From Chrysomallon squamiferum (taxonomy: Eukaryota > Animalia > Mollusca), in the NCBI GenBank assembly GCA_012295275.1, contig CM022678.1, positions 6,014,001 through 6,078,000 of the forward strand: a stretch of DNA of 64,000 nucleotides, in the 5' to 3' direction. Positions 43,268 to 58,028 of this stretch are shown piece after piece. Position 1 is the stretch's first letter, and each line of letters begins with the position of its first letter. A program made the translations under genes and the position numbers. The notes below the pieces were generated by a model. That model did not search any database. It was not told the origin of the DNA and was given only the letters and a program-made list of their open reading frames with translations.

Positions 43268-44347
43268 ATCCTCCCTCTCTCTATCCCTCTCTCTCTCCAT
43301 CTCCCTCTCTCTCTCTCTCCTCCTCTCTCTCACATACACAAAATGAGAAATGTATAATTAAAAAATACTAATTAATAAACCAAAAACTTAAAGTCAAAAC
43401 GCACCCGCTGTCCCACTTCCATTTCACAGATTGCGTTTTCATTCACGTGCAGGTTCTGGAAATGCGTGAGAAGATCGTCTTCAAACTCTTCCTTCGTCTG
43501 ACTACAAACAACATTTTTTTTTGTTAAAAACACATCAGACATTTAATAATTCCTTTTCACAGCTCTGTGTCTAACCTGGTATTAGTATGCAATGATGTCG
43601 TGACTCAGAACTGCAAAAGGACTAATCTGTAACAGTAGTATTACATTCTTTGTCCTACTTTCTTATTTAGCTGCGCGATGAATCGTCCAAACCAGTGAAG
43701 TAACAGGTTGGAAATATGAGTAAATTTTATTAATTCACTTATCCAGTCGTAGTCTGACTTTAATTGGATATTTGAATTTGGATATTTCAGTAGACTTTAA
43801 CAAATATTAAAATTAAGATATTTAAACAGACTTCAACAGATATTAAAATTCAGATATTTAAATAGACTTTAATAAATACTAAAATTAAGATATTTAGATA
43901 GACTTTAAAATATATTTAAATTAAGATATTTAGATAGATTTTAATACATATTAAAATTAAGATATTTAGATAGACTTTAATAGATATTAAAATCAAGATA
44001 TTTAGATAGACTTTAAAACATTAAAATTAATATATTTTGACAGACTTTAATAGATATTAAAATTAAGATCTTTAGACAGACTTTAATAGATATTTAAATT
44101 AAAGATATTTGAATAGACTTTAACAGATATTAAAATCAAGATATTTCTACTGTAGAGTTAATGAAAAGTTACCTTCCATCAAAAGATGTTTCACTGTCCT
44201 GTCTCTCTGAAAAGTAAAATACACAGAAAAAGTTTTAAAAATATGTAAGTAGTGAACTTCTAATCTTGTGTGTGTATAACATTATGTATCTCTCTTTCTC
44301 TCTGTATCTATCTATCTATCTATCTATATATATATATATATATATAA

Positions 44348-44400
<53 letters not shown>

Positions 44401-45937
44401 CACGTGGACTTCTGTGTTGGAAAAAATCAATCTTGGACTCAATATCAGGCACCAACTGCATAGACTTGCGATAAAACGCTATTGCTGCATCAAACAAAAA
44501 AAACAGTTAACGTTTAATTATCAAACAAGTAATAATTCATTTTTAATTATTAAAAAAAACTAATAAAATAATTATGATTTTCAATACATTAAGATAAGTA
44601 CACTGATAACAGTGCAAATAAAAATTACAGAAATATTTGCAGTTCACGTAAGTTTAACTTCAAAATAATCAACTTGAAAAGTGAACAAGAATTCACACAT
44701 CAGATGTTGTCTTAAATATTTGGCTATGTAATTAAATTAAACAGACAGACAGACAGACACACCTTCATACAGAGCACCTTCTTTCTCTGCCTCGATTCCC
44801 TGCATGAACAAGTTGGTTGCCTGCAATTAAATATTATGAACTTAAATATCTTGTAAAGAAAAAAAAGAAAAAGAAGAAAAAAGAAAAAAGAAATCATAAA
44901 AGTAATAATTATAATAGTAATAATAATAATAACAGTAATAACAATAATATAAAATTAACAACACAATTATGACTGACAGAAACATAAAAATGTCTATTAC
45001 TGTTGTTCCTGTATTAAATACAACACAACAGAGTAATGGAAAATAAAATCAAAAACATTTAAAAAAAAATTAAACTTAGAAAAGAAAACAACCCACAAAA
45101 AACATGTCATTAATCACAAACAAAAATATTGTTAATTAAAATCAACTCAACAGTAGATAGAATACCAAATCACAATGTGATCAAAAAAAAATAAGTTATT
45201 TCTTTTTTTTAAATAAAAATATAAATAAATAAATATAAATATATATAGATTCTGATGCCAACTAATTCACACTCAGGAGAATTTTAACCCTTTCATCACT
45301 GTTGGCAAAAAAAAAAAACCTACAAATTTTAGACCACCACCACCACCATCATGTACCAATTTCACCTATAGCAGGACAGAAATAGATAATATCCAAACAA
45401 AACAACAAAAAATTTAAAAAAACCTGACATTGGGAAGTACGTGCTGAGACCAAACTTGTCACTGAAAGGGTTAAAAAAAGGGCTGCAGCTGTTACCAACC
45501 TGTTCCTCGATACTCAAATCCGTGCCATTGTTTGCGCCCATGTTCCTGTACGTATGCTTGCACAGTTCATTCTTCCATTCCTTGCGGAAATGTTCCAGCT
45601 GTTCTTCGAGATCTTCTTCTGCTGCCTGTTCTTCTGCCACGCCATCATCGTCATCCTCGTTGTTGTTGCCTTCAGCCTCATTCTTATCATTGTCCACCAG
45701 TGGTGGGAAAATATCATCAGAATCCTGAATGATTAAAAAAGAAGCAAATGTGAAAATATCACACGTAATTTACTTAAGCAGAAAATATATAAACAGGCAA
45801 AATTTCTTTTTTGTGTGTATATTTATATATCTATTATATAAACATATACACACATAATAGTTTTCTAATAGTGTATAATCATTTTTCGATTAATTTATCT
45901 TACATGCATACAATACTCTTTAAAATTAAGTTATACC

Positions 45938-45984
<47 letters not shown>

Positions 45985-46115
45985 TATACATGTAAATATT
46001 TATAAATAAAAAAAAAAGAGAAACATTGTATTGATTTCCACAGATGTAAGGGCCATGCAAATTTTATCACATATGGCATGGAATACTGGAATATTTTATA
46101 AGAAGGCAAATATGA

Positions 46116-46146
<31 letters not shown>

Positions 46147-46585
46147 AAGTACCTGCTTGACCCATTTAAGTGGCATCTTCAAAGTAATAGCTATCAGTAT
46201 CAATTTAAAAAAAATAAAAAATTTTTGAACAGCTACAGTAACTTATGAGTAACTCATTCCTTCTTATCTATGATATAAACAAAATCTGACTGCCCTTTAT
46301 ATATGTGCACATATACTTTTATATAACAATGGTACAATAATGGCCACGGGAAATTTCAGGATAGTTGTGCAACCTAATATTACACTGTACGGTGTTAATC
46401 CATAATTTCCATTTATTATGATTATACCAAAATAATGTAATCTTTGTGTAAAGCAGACTAATAATTCTAATATTCTCTTTCTCTTTTTAAAGTTTACTTA
46501 AAAACAAAAACATTATATTACATACATAATCGAAACAATAAATTTATTTTCAGTTTAGAAAATGTACCATACTGTCAGTTGCCAT
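37130..46585 (-). CDS. FBXO9: F-box only protein 9. Exons: 46585-46568 (tentative), 45724-45500, 44820-44763, 44484-44401, 44206-44173, 43501-43405, 42810-42709, 41839-41778, 41200-41112, 40293-40180, 39001-38883, 38443-38330, 37327-37130
   Basis: All introns are GT-AG with matching phases. The translation has FBXO9 hallmarks: [22 protein letters not shown] (TPR-like), [23 protein letters not shown]...[11 protein letters not shown] (F-box), [37 protein letters not shown], and the C-terminus [16 protein letters not shown]. Confidence 0.95.
38650..38800. repeat. ~27-bp minisatellite in an FBXO9 intron
   Basis: TAAAATCATAGCATATTACTTTTAATG repeated about 4-5 times, degenerating. Confidence 0.8.
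39025..39455. repeat. A-rich tandem repeat (about 6 copies) in an FBXO9 intron
   Basis: AATTAAAAATAATAAACAACTGTTTAAATGTATTT units separated by variable poly-A. Confidence 0.8.
43785..44145. repeat. 36-bp minisatellite, about 10 copies, in an FBXO9 intron
   Basis: Consensus AGACTTTAATAGATATTAAAATTAAGATATTTAGAT, head-to-tail with no spacers. Confidence 0.9.
45288..45470. mobile_element. piggyBac-like MITE (183 bp)
   Basis: TTAA-CCCTTTCA...TGAAAGGG-TTAA: an 8-bp TIR starting CCC, flanked by a TTAA target duplication (45284-87, 45471-74). Confidence 0.55.
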
Positions 46586-46699
46586 TATACAACTTGTGAA
46601 TGTTTTTTGTTAAAATTTATTTATCTATGAAAATAAGAAGTAAATTAGTTGACAATTTAGAAAACAAAAACTTTCAGATGTTAAGATGGTGTGTGTGTC

Positions 46700-47591
46700 C
46701 CTGACCTGGAAAAGTGAATTGTAAACAATCTTGTCGGCTACCCGTTTAATTTTTTTACGTCAAGGCATTACTTTTTTCAGTTAACAACTCATTTTACTTT
46801 TATAAAAGCAATCATTTATTACCATTCTTTAGGTTTCGACCTATCGAAACTATTCAAACTGCTAGTTCCCTGTAAGTATAGCAAATAGCGCCGAATGAAA
46901 ACATTAAAACTCTCTGTACGGCGGCCATTTTTGTTAATTCTGAAAAAGTCAAACACTACAGTTTGAGTTACCTCCCATTTAATCAAGCTAGTTAACGGAA
47001 GATGTCAGCATAAAAGTACTATTAATTTATTTTTTTCTAAATTAAAAAAAAAAAAAAAAAAAAAACAACAACCAAAAAATCACTTTAAAAATAATATAAC
47101 TACAAAATTACATCAAAATAATATTATTACTAGTAAAATAATGTTTTTGTTTACATTTCCCAGATTAGGATTATGATCATTATAAATAATAAACTTAATA
47201 TATTTCTTATTGTTATTTTTAAAACATTTTGGTTGTTCATATATAAATATAAAATTGTCATGCTATTTCGCATTTAATAATTTTAAATGTAAATTAAACG
47301 ATATATATGTATATATATATATCAAACATTTATTTAAAATGACGATTCTGAAAGAAGTACTTTTGACAAGTTCGTGTCAAGGTCATTCTGGAAACGAGGC
47401 TCAGGATTCAAGATGGAAGCGAAATATCATTCATTCTTCCAATGGAAGCGGTGAGAGTTTTGATAATTCACTTGCAAAATCAGCGACTGGCAAGAACATG
47501 AAATGCTAAATTAAGCAGGTAAAGAAATATGCTATTTTAAATGTGGAAACAATTCAGTTGTGATTTCAGAGAGATCGAAAGAAAGCGTCGT

Positions 47592-47624
<33 letters not shown>

Positions 47625-47700
47625 CTCTTTAGTGAAATTTCACATCTCGTCTAGTCTGTCAGTCAGAACGTCAGAAGAATAAATGTTTAAACTAAAGTAA
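46700..47700. promoter_or_regulatory. Putative bidirectional promoter region between FBXO9 and PI4KB
   Basis: The genes diverge here. YY1-type AAAATGGCCGCC on the - strand at about 46920-46931. CpG-containing patches and + strand donor-like sites (GCG|GTGAG about 47451, CAG|GTAAAG about 47519). Confidence 0.45.
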
Positions 47701-48335
47701 TATATATATATATTTTTTTTTTCTTCTGTCCCCGTTGTTGAAAAACACAACACATATATAAATAATTTAAACGTTTTAAATATTTATCTTTAATTATCGT
47801 ATGTATGAAGATGTCCACTTAGTTAAGTTAGTAACAACTAAAATATATAATCTTGATAACCAATTCTGAATCCAATATGAATTATATTCAACACACACAC
47901 CAATTTCCAGATATGTTAAGGATATCAGAAGTTGGTATTATCAGTATTTTACCACTCCATCAGTGCATGTAAGACAGAATTTTTAAATAATGATTATATC
48001 ATATATGTATCATTTTTCTTTTATTTTCTCAACATCCAAGTAATATTAATATATTCATAATTTTGTACTGTCTTTTCTGTTTTAATTTAAAATTCTGACA
48101 GTGTTATCTCAGGTAGAGTCAGATCTGCACAACTGACATGATAGACTTTTGACCTGCATCATAAATTTTAAAATGTTCTTATTATCAAAGATATTTTCTC
48201 ATTAAAAGAAATATCCAGCTGTGAGTGAACATTTGAAGGAAGCTAGCCATGCTATGTTTAAATAAATACACATTCACCACATGCCTGTCTGAATATATAT
48301 ATATAATAAAGTTATTAAAATGGGCTTTCATCTTT

Positions 48336-48388
<53 letters not shown>

Positions 48389-49025
48389 CTGTTTGTATAT
48401 ATATGTATATGATATATCATGTGTATGTACATAGATACACACATACATGTGTGTGTGTGTGTTAATATATACACCATATAGCCAGTCACATCCCAAACCA
48501 TTATTTTTTTATTTTTTTTTATTTTGCAGTAATATTTTCTTTACAGCCATTTTTTTTTTTTTCAAAGTGGTTGTCCCTTTTTTATTATAATCTGGTATCT
48601 GTAACATAAATGAAAATTTTTAAAGTTATTTCTACTGTAAAGTTTTCACTTCTTTTTATTATAATCTGATGTCATGAACATAAATGAATTTTCAGAAAGT
48701 TATTTCAACTGTATTAAAACTTTCAGTATAGTAAAAAGTCCTGACATTGATGACTTTCAGACAAGAAAATGCACTCCAGTTTGACTGACTTTTGTATGTT
48801 TTGTTCACAGTGTTTAAATTTAATCTGACTGTGACTGAAAATTGGTTAATTTCAAATCACATTTTTACCAGTTTAGAATCAAATTAAATTGACAGGTATC
48901 ATAAATTTGTCATTATGGTTATATGTATAACTTTTTTTTTATTGTTATATAAATATAACCATAAATGACAAAAGTATGAAGGACACCTGCTGTTTATATT
49001 ATTTGTTTATTTATTTTCTATCTGT

Positions 49026-49062
<37 letters not shown>

Positions 49063-49612
49063 TTTATTATTATTTTTTTTTTCTTCTTTTAGTTTTACTG
49101 ATATTTGTTGCATTCCACAGTTGAGACAAAGTTCAAAAGTTGCATATTTAAATGTTTCTGGCAAGTGGGTTTATACTGACGTTGGAGATCTTATCAGAGC
49201 GATGCTGGTCATTTGAACCAGCAACAGAAACATTCGTTTTAATGTCTTGTTAAATGAAAAGTAGCCACAACAGGAGATCTCACAAAAAACGATATTTGCA
49301 CTGGCTGCCTACCAGCTTCATGTGAAAGCTGTGTCTGTATTACGTGTAGTTATATAAATACAGATCTGTAGTGTCACAACGTCCTGGCAAGATACTGTTT
49401 ATTCTGTGGAGTGGTCTGGTAAGGCTAAATTAACGTGTGTGTTATGTTAATGTTTGTGTAGGTGTGATTATATTGTACTGTGTTACTATTTAATAGGTTG
49501 TTGATGTTAAACAGTACAGACAAAAAAACATGAATTAATAGAAATTATTTTATTTTAAAGATAGTCTGTGTTCTGGTACATACATACATACATACATACA
49601 TACATACATACA

Positions 49613-49643
<31 letters not shown>

Positions 49644-49823
49644 GTACGTACGTACATACATACATACATACATACATACATACATACATACATACAGAAA
49701 AAAGACTGAAAAATACAAATATATTTTTACTTAGTTATATTCAGAAACATACATAAACACACAACAGAAAAACACACAGAGGTACAGACACACACATACA
49801 CCATGTGTCTGTTATGTATGTGT

Positions 49824-49879
<56 letters not shown>

Positions 49880-50605
49880 CATATTTTGTAATTTCCAATG
49901 ACTAACTGGTATCTCTGATGCAATGAAGCCTACTTGACCCTTGACCAAAATCAGGATATCTGTTATTCCACACTGTGACATAACAGTGTTTATACCCTAA
50001 AACTAGTAGACGTAGTAGCACGTAGTACAACATAATGTATTTACTGATGCTGACAGGTTCTTGGTGATTTATATATACAGCCTAAAGGTCACTAGGTAGG
50101 TCATCTACTACATAATAATTACTTGCTAGAAGGTTTTGTGAAGAGTCATTAATCTTGGTAGATTATTGAATGTAACTGTTTTTTTCTGGAGGGGGTGGGG
50201 AGGAGAAAATCTTAATCACCACAGAAAAGAGTAAAAGGAAATGATAGACTAATGATGAGAGATTTTGATGTAGCCATCTTGTGTTCTGTTTTTATTTTAT
50301 TTTATTTTATTTTATTTTTTTATTGTTTTTATTTTGTTTTATTTATTGTTTTACTTTTTTTATTACTCATCTATTGCTGCTGGGTTTTTGTAATGTTTGG
50401 AAAAAGAAAATTCATTGTCACAAACAACATAATGTATATAATTTATCAGTAATTTGTGTGTGTGTGTGTGAGAGAGAGAAAGAATTTTTAGGGCTAAGTC
50501 AACAAACTACTTGTAAAATCAAATACAGTTTATTTGTTCTTCAAACAGAATACAGACAGTGAATGTGTATGTTATCTTAACACATAAAAAACCCACTAAG
50601 GATGT

Positions 50606-50637
<32 letters not shown>

Positions 50638-51769
50638 AAACAAAATTTTTACCTTTATTTATAAATTTTGAAAAAAAACAATTCTGTGTTTTATTATATG
50701 AGTACAGAATATTTTAAATCCATCTGTAAAAAATATATTTCAAACTTTTTAAAGGATTACAAAAAAAAAAAAAAAAATACGAAACTGCATTCCTGTGGTA
50801 TTTTTTTCCCCCAACCTTGATAACTGTACTGGACAAGCCCAGATCAGCTTACATAATAACAGTCAGCATCAGCCAGTTTCTTTACATGTGTTTTCAAAGA
50901 AACAGGGACTGTGTAATTCCAAGGTCGACTAAAATAACCAGTTTCTTTTGTTTGTTTACGACTGGTGAGGTAGCAGTGTTGTTTTTAACAATCAGATATA
51001 CATACACATGCATACAGATGCATTCAGGTGTGTATACATATATATATACACACACATATTTTTCTGGTAACTCTAAACCGTTCAGCTGGCGACGACGATT
51101 TCTCTGTAAGTTTTCAGTTTTGTTTTGTTTTCTTTTCTTTGTTAAGAGGAACTGTTTTAAGTGGGGGAGAATGCTGCTAGGGCTTGGTGGGTGACTGGAT
51201 ACTTCTCTAGTGGGCTGCTAGACCAGTCCTGCTGGTAGGTCATATGGATCAGATAACATATAATTATTTACTCATACTGGAAAAACCAAAAGCAATGATG
51301 TCATGTTAAAGCCAACAATAGATAAAATAGTTCTATAGTGGTGGTGGTGGTGGTATTCTTGTTTGATTACGTAAGTGTACTTAATTGTTGAAATTTTGTT
51401 TTATTAACTGGGGTTCTTTTGTGGGTTTTTTCCTTTTATTCATGATGATATATTTATGGTCATAGTAACTGATCAATTTTTTTGTGGTATTCCAGTTAAT
51501 GAAATCAAATAGAATGTTATGTTATATTCAGTCATGTTTTTAATGGTAATCAGTTTGTGTGCATGATATTTTGTATTGTGTCATTATAATGGTTATTGCT
51601 TTATTTTGTTAATGTTAAAGGATAAACAAATGGCATTTGTATATATGTGTGCACACATGATTAAACATTTTCGAATGAGATGTCCATTATATAATTTTAA
51701 CAGATCATGAACTAAATACAGATACATTTTAAACAAAATACACATACACACACATACATGAATATACAC

Positions 51770-52103
51770 ACATAATACACACACACATATCTATACATAC
51801 ACACACAAATGCAGACACACATAATACAAACACATATCTACATACACACACAGACACATAATACACACAAACACATATCTATACATACACACAAATACAC
51901 ACATAATACACACAAACACATATCTATACATACACACACAAATACACACACATAATACACAGACACATATCTATACATACACAAATACAGACACACATAT
52001 ACACACAAACACATATCTATACATACACACAAATACAGACACACATAATACACACACATACACCATGCATACACATCACACACATTCCACACATGCATAT
52101 ACA

Positions 52104-52143
<40 letters not shown>

Positions 52144-52170
52144 GCAAACATGCAAACACACACACACAAA
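51770..52170. repeat. CA-rich minisatellite (~44-bp unit) grading into (CA)n
   Basis: ACACATAATACACACAAACACATATCTATACATACACACAAATAC repeated. Confidence 0.8.
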
Positions 52171-52660
52171 GAGAGAGAAAGTTTGAGTGCTATATCAGAG
52201 TCATAGAAATACCAAGGAAAAAAAAAAAATCTGTATTAACTCTTTAACTTTTTTTGTTGTTGTAATAAATGGGTTTAATTGTTTGGAAGGAACAGCTGGG
52301 GTTTTTTTTGGTTTTTGTTGTTTTATTTTTCTATTGTCTGTTATCACATTCTTCCTGATTGGTTTCTGATTCATGCTGTGTTTACAGAGGTAAAGGTTTT
52401 CCTGTGGTACACCATTGTTTTGTTAATGTTGCATAAACACTGTATTGTTTAGATTTGATGGCATTTCCAAGAGGGGGGTATGTTTTATGTTCATTATCGT
52501 GTGTATAGATATTATGTTTGTTGGTGTATGATTTATGTTGTTGTTGTTGTTGTTTTTTGAAGTAATTATTTCCCATGTTATTCTGTTGTTTTGTTAACGT
52601 TGCATAAACATGTTGTAGCCTTGATTGGATGGTCATTCTAGCAGAAGGATATTTGTGTAT

Positions 52661-52712
<52 letters not shown>

Positions 52713-52802
52713 TTAGTCTTTGGATCCATTATCAAATATATTCAGTTCAGTTGATACTACATGAATTTATGACAAGTAACAATAAGTCCTTTTTTTTTCT
52801 TT

Positions 52803-52840
<38 letters not shown>

Positions 52841-52944
52841 TAAATTCAAAATTTTTGTTATGTAGTCAGTTATTTTGCATTTCTTTTAAATGAGTAAATT
52901 TAATAAATACCTAATTATATCCTAATAAACAGACACCACACACC

Positions 52945-52976
<32 letters not shown>

Positions 52977-53457
52977 CATACATGCATATATATATATATA
53001 TGCGATAAAAATACATATACAGTTACAAATATTATACTTGGTTAACCGCTTTTCAATTTCAATAATCTATATTATTATACTTTATTATCATTAAAATGCT
53101 GGTTTCAGGATATTTCATTTATTGAATATGCGCTTCAATATCAGAACACTCAGTATGTTTTTTTGAAAGGTTTTGTTTCCTTTTGCTAGTTTAGCTATCG
53201 TACATAAAGTATATTCCTTACATAAATGTCTTGAATAATAAATGAAAAGATTAAAAAAAATATATCTCAGAGGTCTGGTCATTAATTGATTCCATATATA
53301 AATATCTTGAATGGACAATAAAAAGAATTAAAAGAATTGAAAATTCTGTACAAAGGTCTGTTCATAAACTGACAGCATACTAAAATGACTTGAATGGCAA
53401 ATGAAAAATGTAGAAGTTTGGTAATAAAATTCAACGGTCTGTTTGCTAACAGATTCT

Positions 53458-53500
<43 letters not shown>

Positions 53501-53940
53501 CGTTGAATAATAAAGATATTCATTGAGTCAGCCATTATTTTTGAAGCTGTAGTAATAGATAAATATAGGAACAAGGAAGAAGTGTTTTATTTAAGAACAA
53601 GGTACTTTTAATCTACAGTTTAAAAGCATAAAGAACAACATGAATATTATTATTTTTTTTTTTTAAATGTTTCCTGCTTTCGAGTGATCTGTTCTTCTTT
53701 TCTTTTCTTTATTAATTAGCAAAAAAGATATCTTTTTCTAAACTTTCCCATAGACAGCAGTATATCACATTCTGCAGACTTCTGTAAACTAGTATTAGAC
53801 AACTCAACTGGCTCCCAGGTAAAAATAGCTCAGCATTGTAAGTAGTGTTGAGCCTGTGACATACGTAGTCTCAGGCCAGTACTTTTGCTACTAACTCGAA
53901 ACTCTGATCATTGTTGTTCTGAAAATAAGTATAACCAGGT

Positions 53941-53972
<32 letters not shown>

Positions 53973-54094
53973 CCCCCCCAAAAAAAATCCCCCATATATA
54001 AGAAAAAGAAAAAAAGAACAAAAGCTGAGGAAAGAAAGAGAATAGAATGAATATGAATATATATATAATATATGTGTATATATATATATATCTA

Positions 54095-54172
54095 CAGGGT
54101 GGCCCAGATGTAACCGAACCCGATATTGGCTTTTCATAACAATTCAGGTTCGGTTACATCTGGGCCACCCTG
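54095..54172. mobile_element. 78-bp Tc1/mariner-type MITE
   Basis: Perfect 26-bp TIR CAGGGTGGCCCAGATGTAACCGAACC / GGTTCGGTTACATCTGGGCCACCCTG with TA on both sides, inserted in a (TA)n tract. Confidence 0.9.
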
Positions 54173-55845
54173 TATATATATATATGTATGTGTGTGTGTA
54201 TGTATGTGTGTGTGTGTATGTATGTATATATATATATGTATGTGTGTGTGTGTGTGTATGTATGTGTGTGTGTGTGTGTATGTATGTATGTGTGTGTGTA
54301 TGTATGAATGAAGGTAATTAAAAAGTATAATACAAGGCTTTTTTTTAAAATTCATGACACATTCTCATACTGAGCGGAGCACTGTTTCTGACATACAGAT
54401 CTAGATAAGATACTGTGTGAGTAATGCAAGGAATAATCATGTATGCATCACCAGGTGTTAGTAACACTGTGTCTGTACATTACTAGCAAAGCCAGTGTAC
54501 GCTATTACTACTGCTGTTACATACTGTGTTTCTGCTGATCTCATGATTTTCATACTTCACTGGTGATAGGTATGCGATTAGTTTGTTCGCTCGTGCGTTT
54601 TAAACTAGGGGTATGGGTTGAGTGTGTGTGTGTGTGTGTGTGTGTTACTATTATTATTTATTATTCTTATTTTTTATTTTTTTATTACTTTTTGTCTTTA
54701 TTTATTTAATGTGGCATTTATTATTACTATTATTATTTATTTTTTTTTTTTTTATTACTTTTTTCTTTCTTTTTATTTCTTTATTTATTTAATGTAGTAT
54801 TCGTTATTACTGTTATTATTATTGTTGTTAATTTTATTACCTTTTTTTTAATTTATTTATTTATTTATTTAGTGCAGCATATTATTATATATATTTTTTT
54901 AATTATTTTTTTAAAATTATTTTATAAGTTTATTACTATTTATTTATTTGTCTATTTTAATGTACATGTATATATATTTATTTATTTATTTTTTTATTTA
55001 ATGGAATATTTGTTTACACTGGTTTCATTAAAATGTATCTTTGTTAATGCAAAGAAGTACTGTAAATGTATTATGCATTCTTCCATGTTACTGGTTATTA
55101 TTGTTGTTTTTTCAGTTCAGTTATTAAATAACTAACACAATATAACACAAGAGTACAGATAAAAAAAATATAATTTAGGATTATAATAGGATTTATTTAT
55201 GTCTGAGGTGTATATGAATGAATGCCTGTGTGTGTGTGTGTGTGTGTGTGTAAGTATTAAGGAATGTTGTTTTAAATTATATAGTCACTAAGTCAGTGAT
55301 TAAAATACATGAAAAAAACAACAACAAAAAACTGGCAATACAATTTGCTGTATAAAATTGGTTGTTTTTCATATTAATTATCTGTAACTGTTGGACGTCT
55401 GTTGTTTGTTGTTTTCATTTGAATGTAATTATTGACACGCTAACTCCTTTTGTCCAGTATATTTAGATACATGTAGATATTGATATTTTCATTTGTTGTT
55501 AATTGAATATGATTAAAAATTAACTGCTTTTTTCTCTTAATTTTTTTTTTCTTGTTATTTTGTTTCTCTGCATTTTACCTTTTTCTTTTTAAAAAATATA
55601 TTTTTTAGTATTTGTTTTTTCCTTTTTGTGTGTAAATTGTTTTTTCTTGTGATGCTGATCAACATGATGATTATTATTATTTTTAGACACAAACACATGC
55701 ACTGATGCAATCATTTTAGACTTACTGTCACAGTTTGACACGCACATGCAGACGTTCTTAGATACAGAAAATTTAATAACTATTTATCGATGTTAAAACT
55801 AATATAAATTTCTATTAATAATTGATAAACATCTCTCTCTCTCTC

Positions 55846-55923
<78 letters not shown>

Positions 55924-56374
55924 ATCTGCTGGATTATTTCCTTATCCTTACAGCATCAAAGACACGCTGAAATCCCAAAGCACACATCTACTTATTTAAA
56001 TCACCAGACAGAATAAACATTGCAGATAATAACCATTACCACTGAACTGATGTCTGAGAAAACAGCCTTTGCTTTGAATTTGAAGTAACATTGATTTAAT
56101 GTGTGTACTTTCCAGAGTTTACCCTTGTTACAGATGTTGTTAGATGGTGTATAAAACACTGAAGTATAAAGAACAGGGCTGTATCTGTCTCATAGCCTGG
56201 ACATTTTGCATGAGGCATAGTAGGTTGTCGGATCAACCCTCTGCAGTGTTTTGTTAAAGAATTTTTTTTTTTTATGGCACACTTAATATTGTACATAGAG
56301 TTATAATTTAAAAAAGTTTCATATATAGATATAGATAGATTATAGACACACACACACATAAACATTCACACAAG

Positions 56375-56665
56375 GTCTGCTCAGATAACCAGCAAGAAAA
56401 CCCAACTGCTGTCACAATATGGCCTACTCTTTTAATTCAGCAGCAAGTTTACATTTAGTTACACCATCCCATAGACAGGATAGTACATACCACAGCCTTT
56501 GGTTACCCCAGTTGTGGAGCACTGGCTGTAACAAGAAATGCAATGTATCCACTGAACCAGCAACACATTCTGTTTTAATTCTACCACAGATAGATCAGAT
56601 TGTCTGCCTACAAGGTTCGATCCAGCAATCTTCTGCACACTCTGTTGTCACTTTACCACTGAACT
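56375..56665. mobile_element. SINE-like interspersed repeat fragment; more degenerate relative at about 53720-53900
   Basis: Core CCATCCCATAGACAGGATAGTACATACCACAGCCTTTGGTTACCCCAGTTGTGGAGCACTGGCT, echoed by TTCCCATAGACAGCAGTATATCACA...CTGGCT at about 53745. It resembles, from memory and not from a search, an abundant gastropod SINE-like repeat. Confidence 0.45.
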
Positions 56666-57983
56666 GTGGTTGTTTTCTGTTCCATTATTATTCTACAGTA
56701 GATGTAAACTGGTTATCAGACACAATGTTTATTTCAGTGACTGATTACAAAGCTGATAATCAGAGATGATTTTGATATCTTTCCTTTTGATGCTTTAACT
56801 TCTGTACATCAAGGCCAACACATGGCAAAATGTCAGATGATAAAAATCATTAGTGTAGTCAATTAGGCATGTATCTGTTTTGTTGTTCTCTCTCTCTCTC
56901 TGCTCTCTTTTTCTCTTTTTAATTTAATTTTATTTTTAAAGAGAATAGATTGTAGATTACTGACAGTTTGCTTTGTGGTTTTTCATTATAAATTTTAACA
57001 AAGGTTTATAATTGATCCATGTATAAGTCTCTAAAAATTACTTTTCTGACTGTCAGTACTATATGTAATAATGCCAGCAATAATGGGAATATTAAATAAT
57101 AAAATCATATTCACTGACAATAAAACACACACACCCATGCACACACACTCAAGTGTACAAAGATAGATATTCATACACATGTTCATGTATACATATATAA
57201 ACATTATACATCGCTTCTGATTTAAGCTGACGATATCAGTCTATCTGAGCATTCTACATCACCTACTTTTCTCTTAATTACTCTCAAAAATGTTACATGC
57301 ATGATTGTTTTTTTGTTTTTTTTAACGATGCTTATAACATTCTCAGCATGTTTTCAACAGAAAAATGTAATCACATCATTATGTTCATATCTTGACAACA
57401 TTACTCTGAAGACTGTAACAGTTTGAGTTAAATAATTTACAGAGGTTTTTTTTTTTTTTTATGTCAGCAGTGATTGCCCCTGTTTCTGTAATTCAGCTCC
57501 CATCTACTTACATATAGTTTGAAAGGCCTAATTATTCACAAGAGTGCCACTTGAAAACACTCCCCGAATTTTTATTTTGTCAACAAGATAGAACTTTAAA
57601 CATTTCGATATAGGCTGTATATATAAATATATATATGTAAAAGAAAAACCTACATGTTTGTCCGAATAGCATATAACCACTCCCTGTGTAATCTTCACTT
57701 GCCTTCATTTTTGTGTCTGTCTGTTGAGACGCAGATAAATGTTACACTTATTGAAAATGGGCCACCAGCCTTAATAAGAGTTGTTATTGTGTTTATGTAA
57801 GCAGGATGTATGGGCATGTATGTGTGTGTGTGTGTGTGTGTGTGAGAGAGTGTGTGGATAGGTGATTGACTGAATATGTGTGTTGAAATTAAGAATTTAT
57901 CTATGTCTGTCTGTCTGTTACTAGTGTTTGTGAGTATCTAAGTATAGTGACAAAATATTTTATGCATGGATAGCATTGTGTTG

Positions 57984-58028
<45 letters not shown>

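Noticed and set aside
43785-44145. 36-bp repeats resembling a CRISPR array by length
   Set aside because: The units are head-to-tail with no unique spacers, sit in a eukaryotic intron and have no cas genes. This is a minisatellite.
47210-47509. 99-aa ORF in the FBXO9/PI4KB promoter region
   Set aside because: It has a non-ATG start, an AT-rich 5' half and no recognisable homology. It is more likely promoter or 5'UTR sequence.
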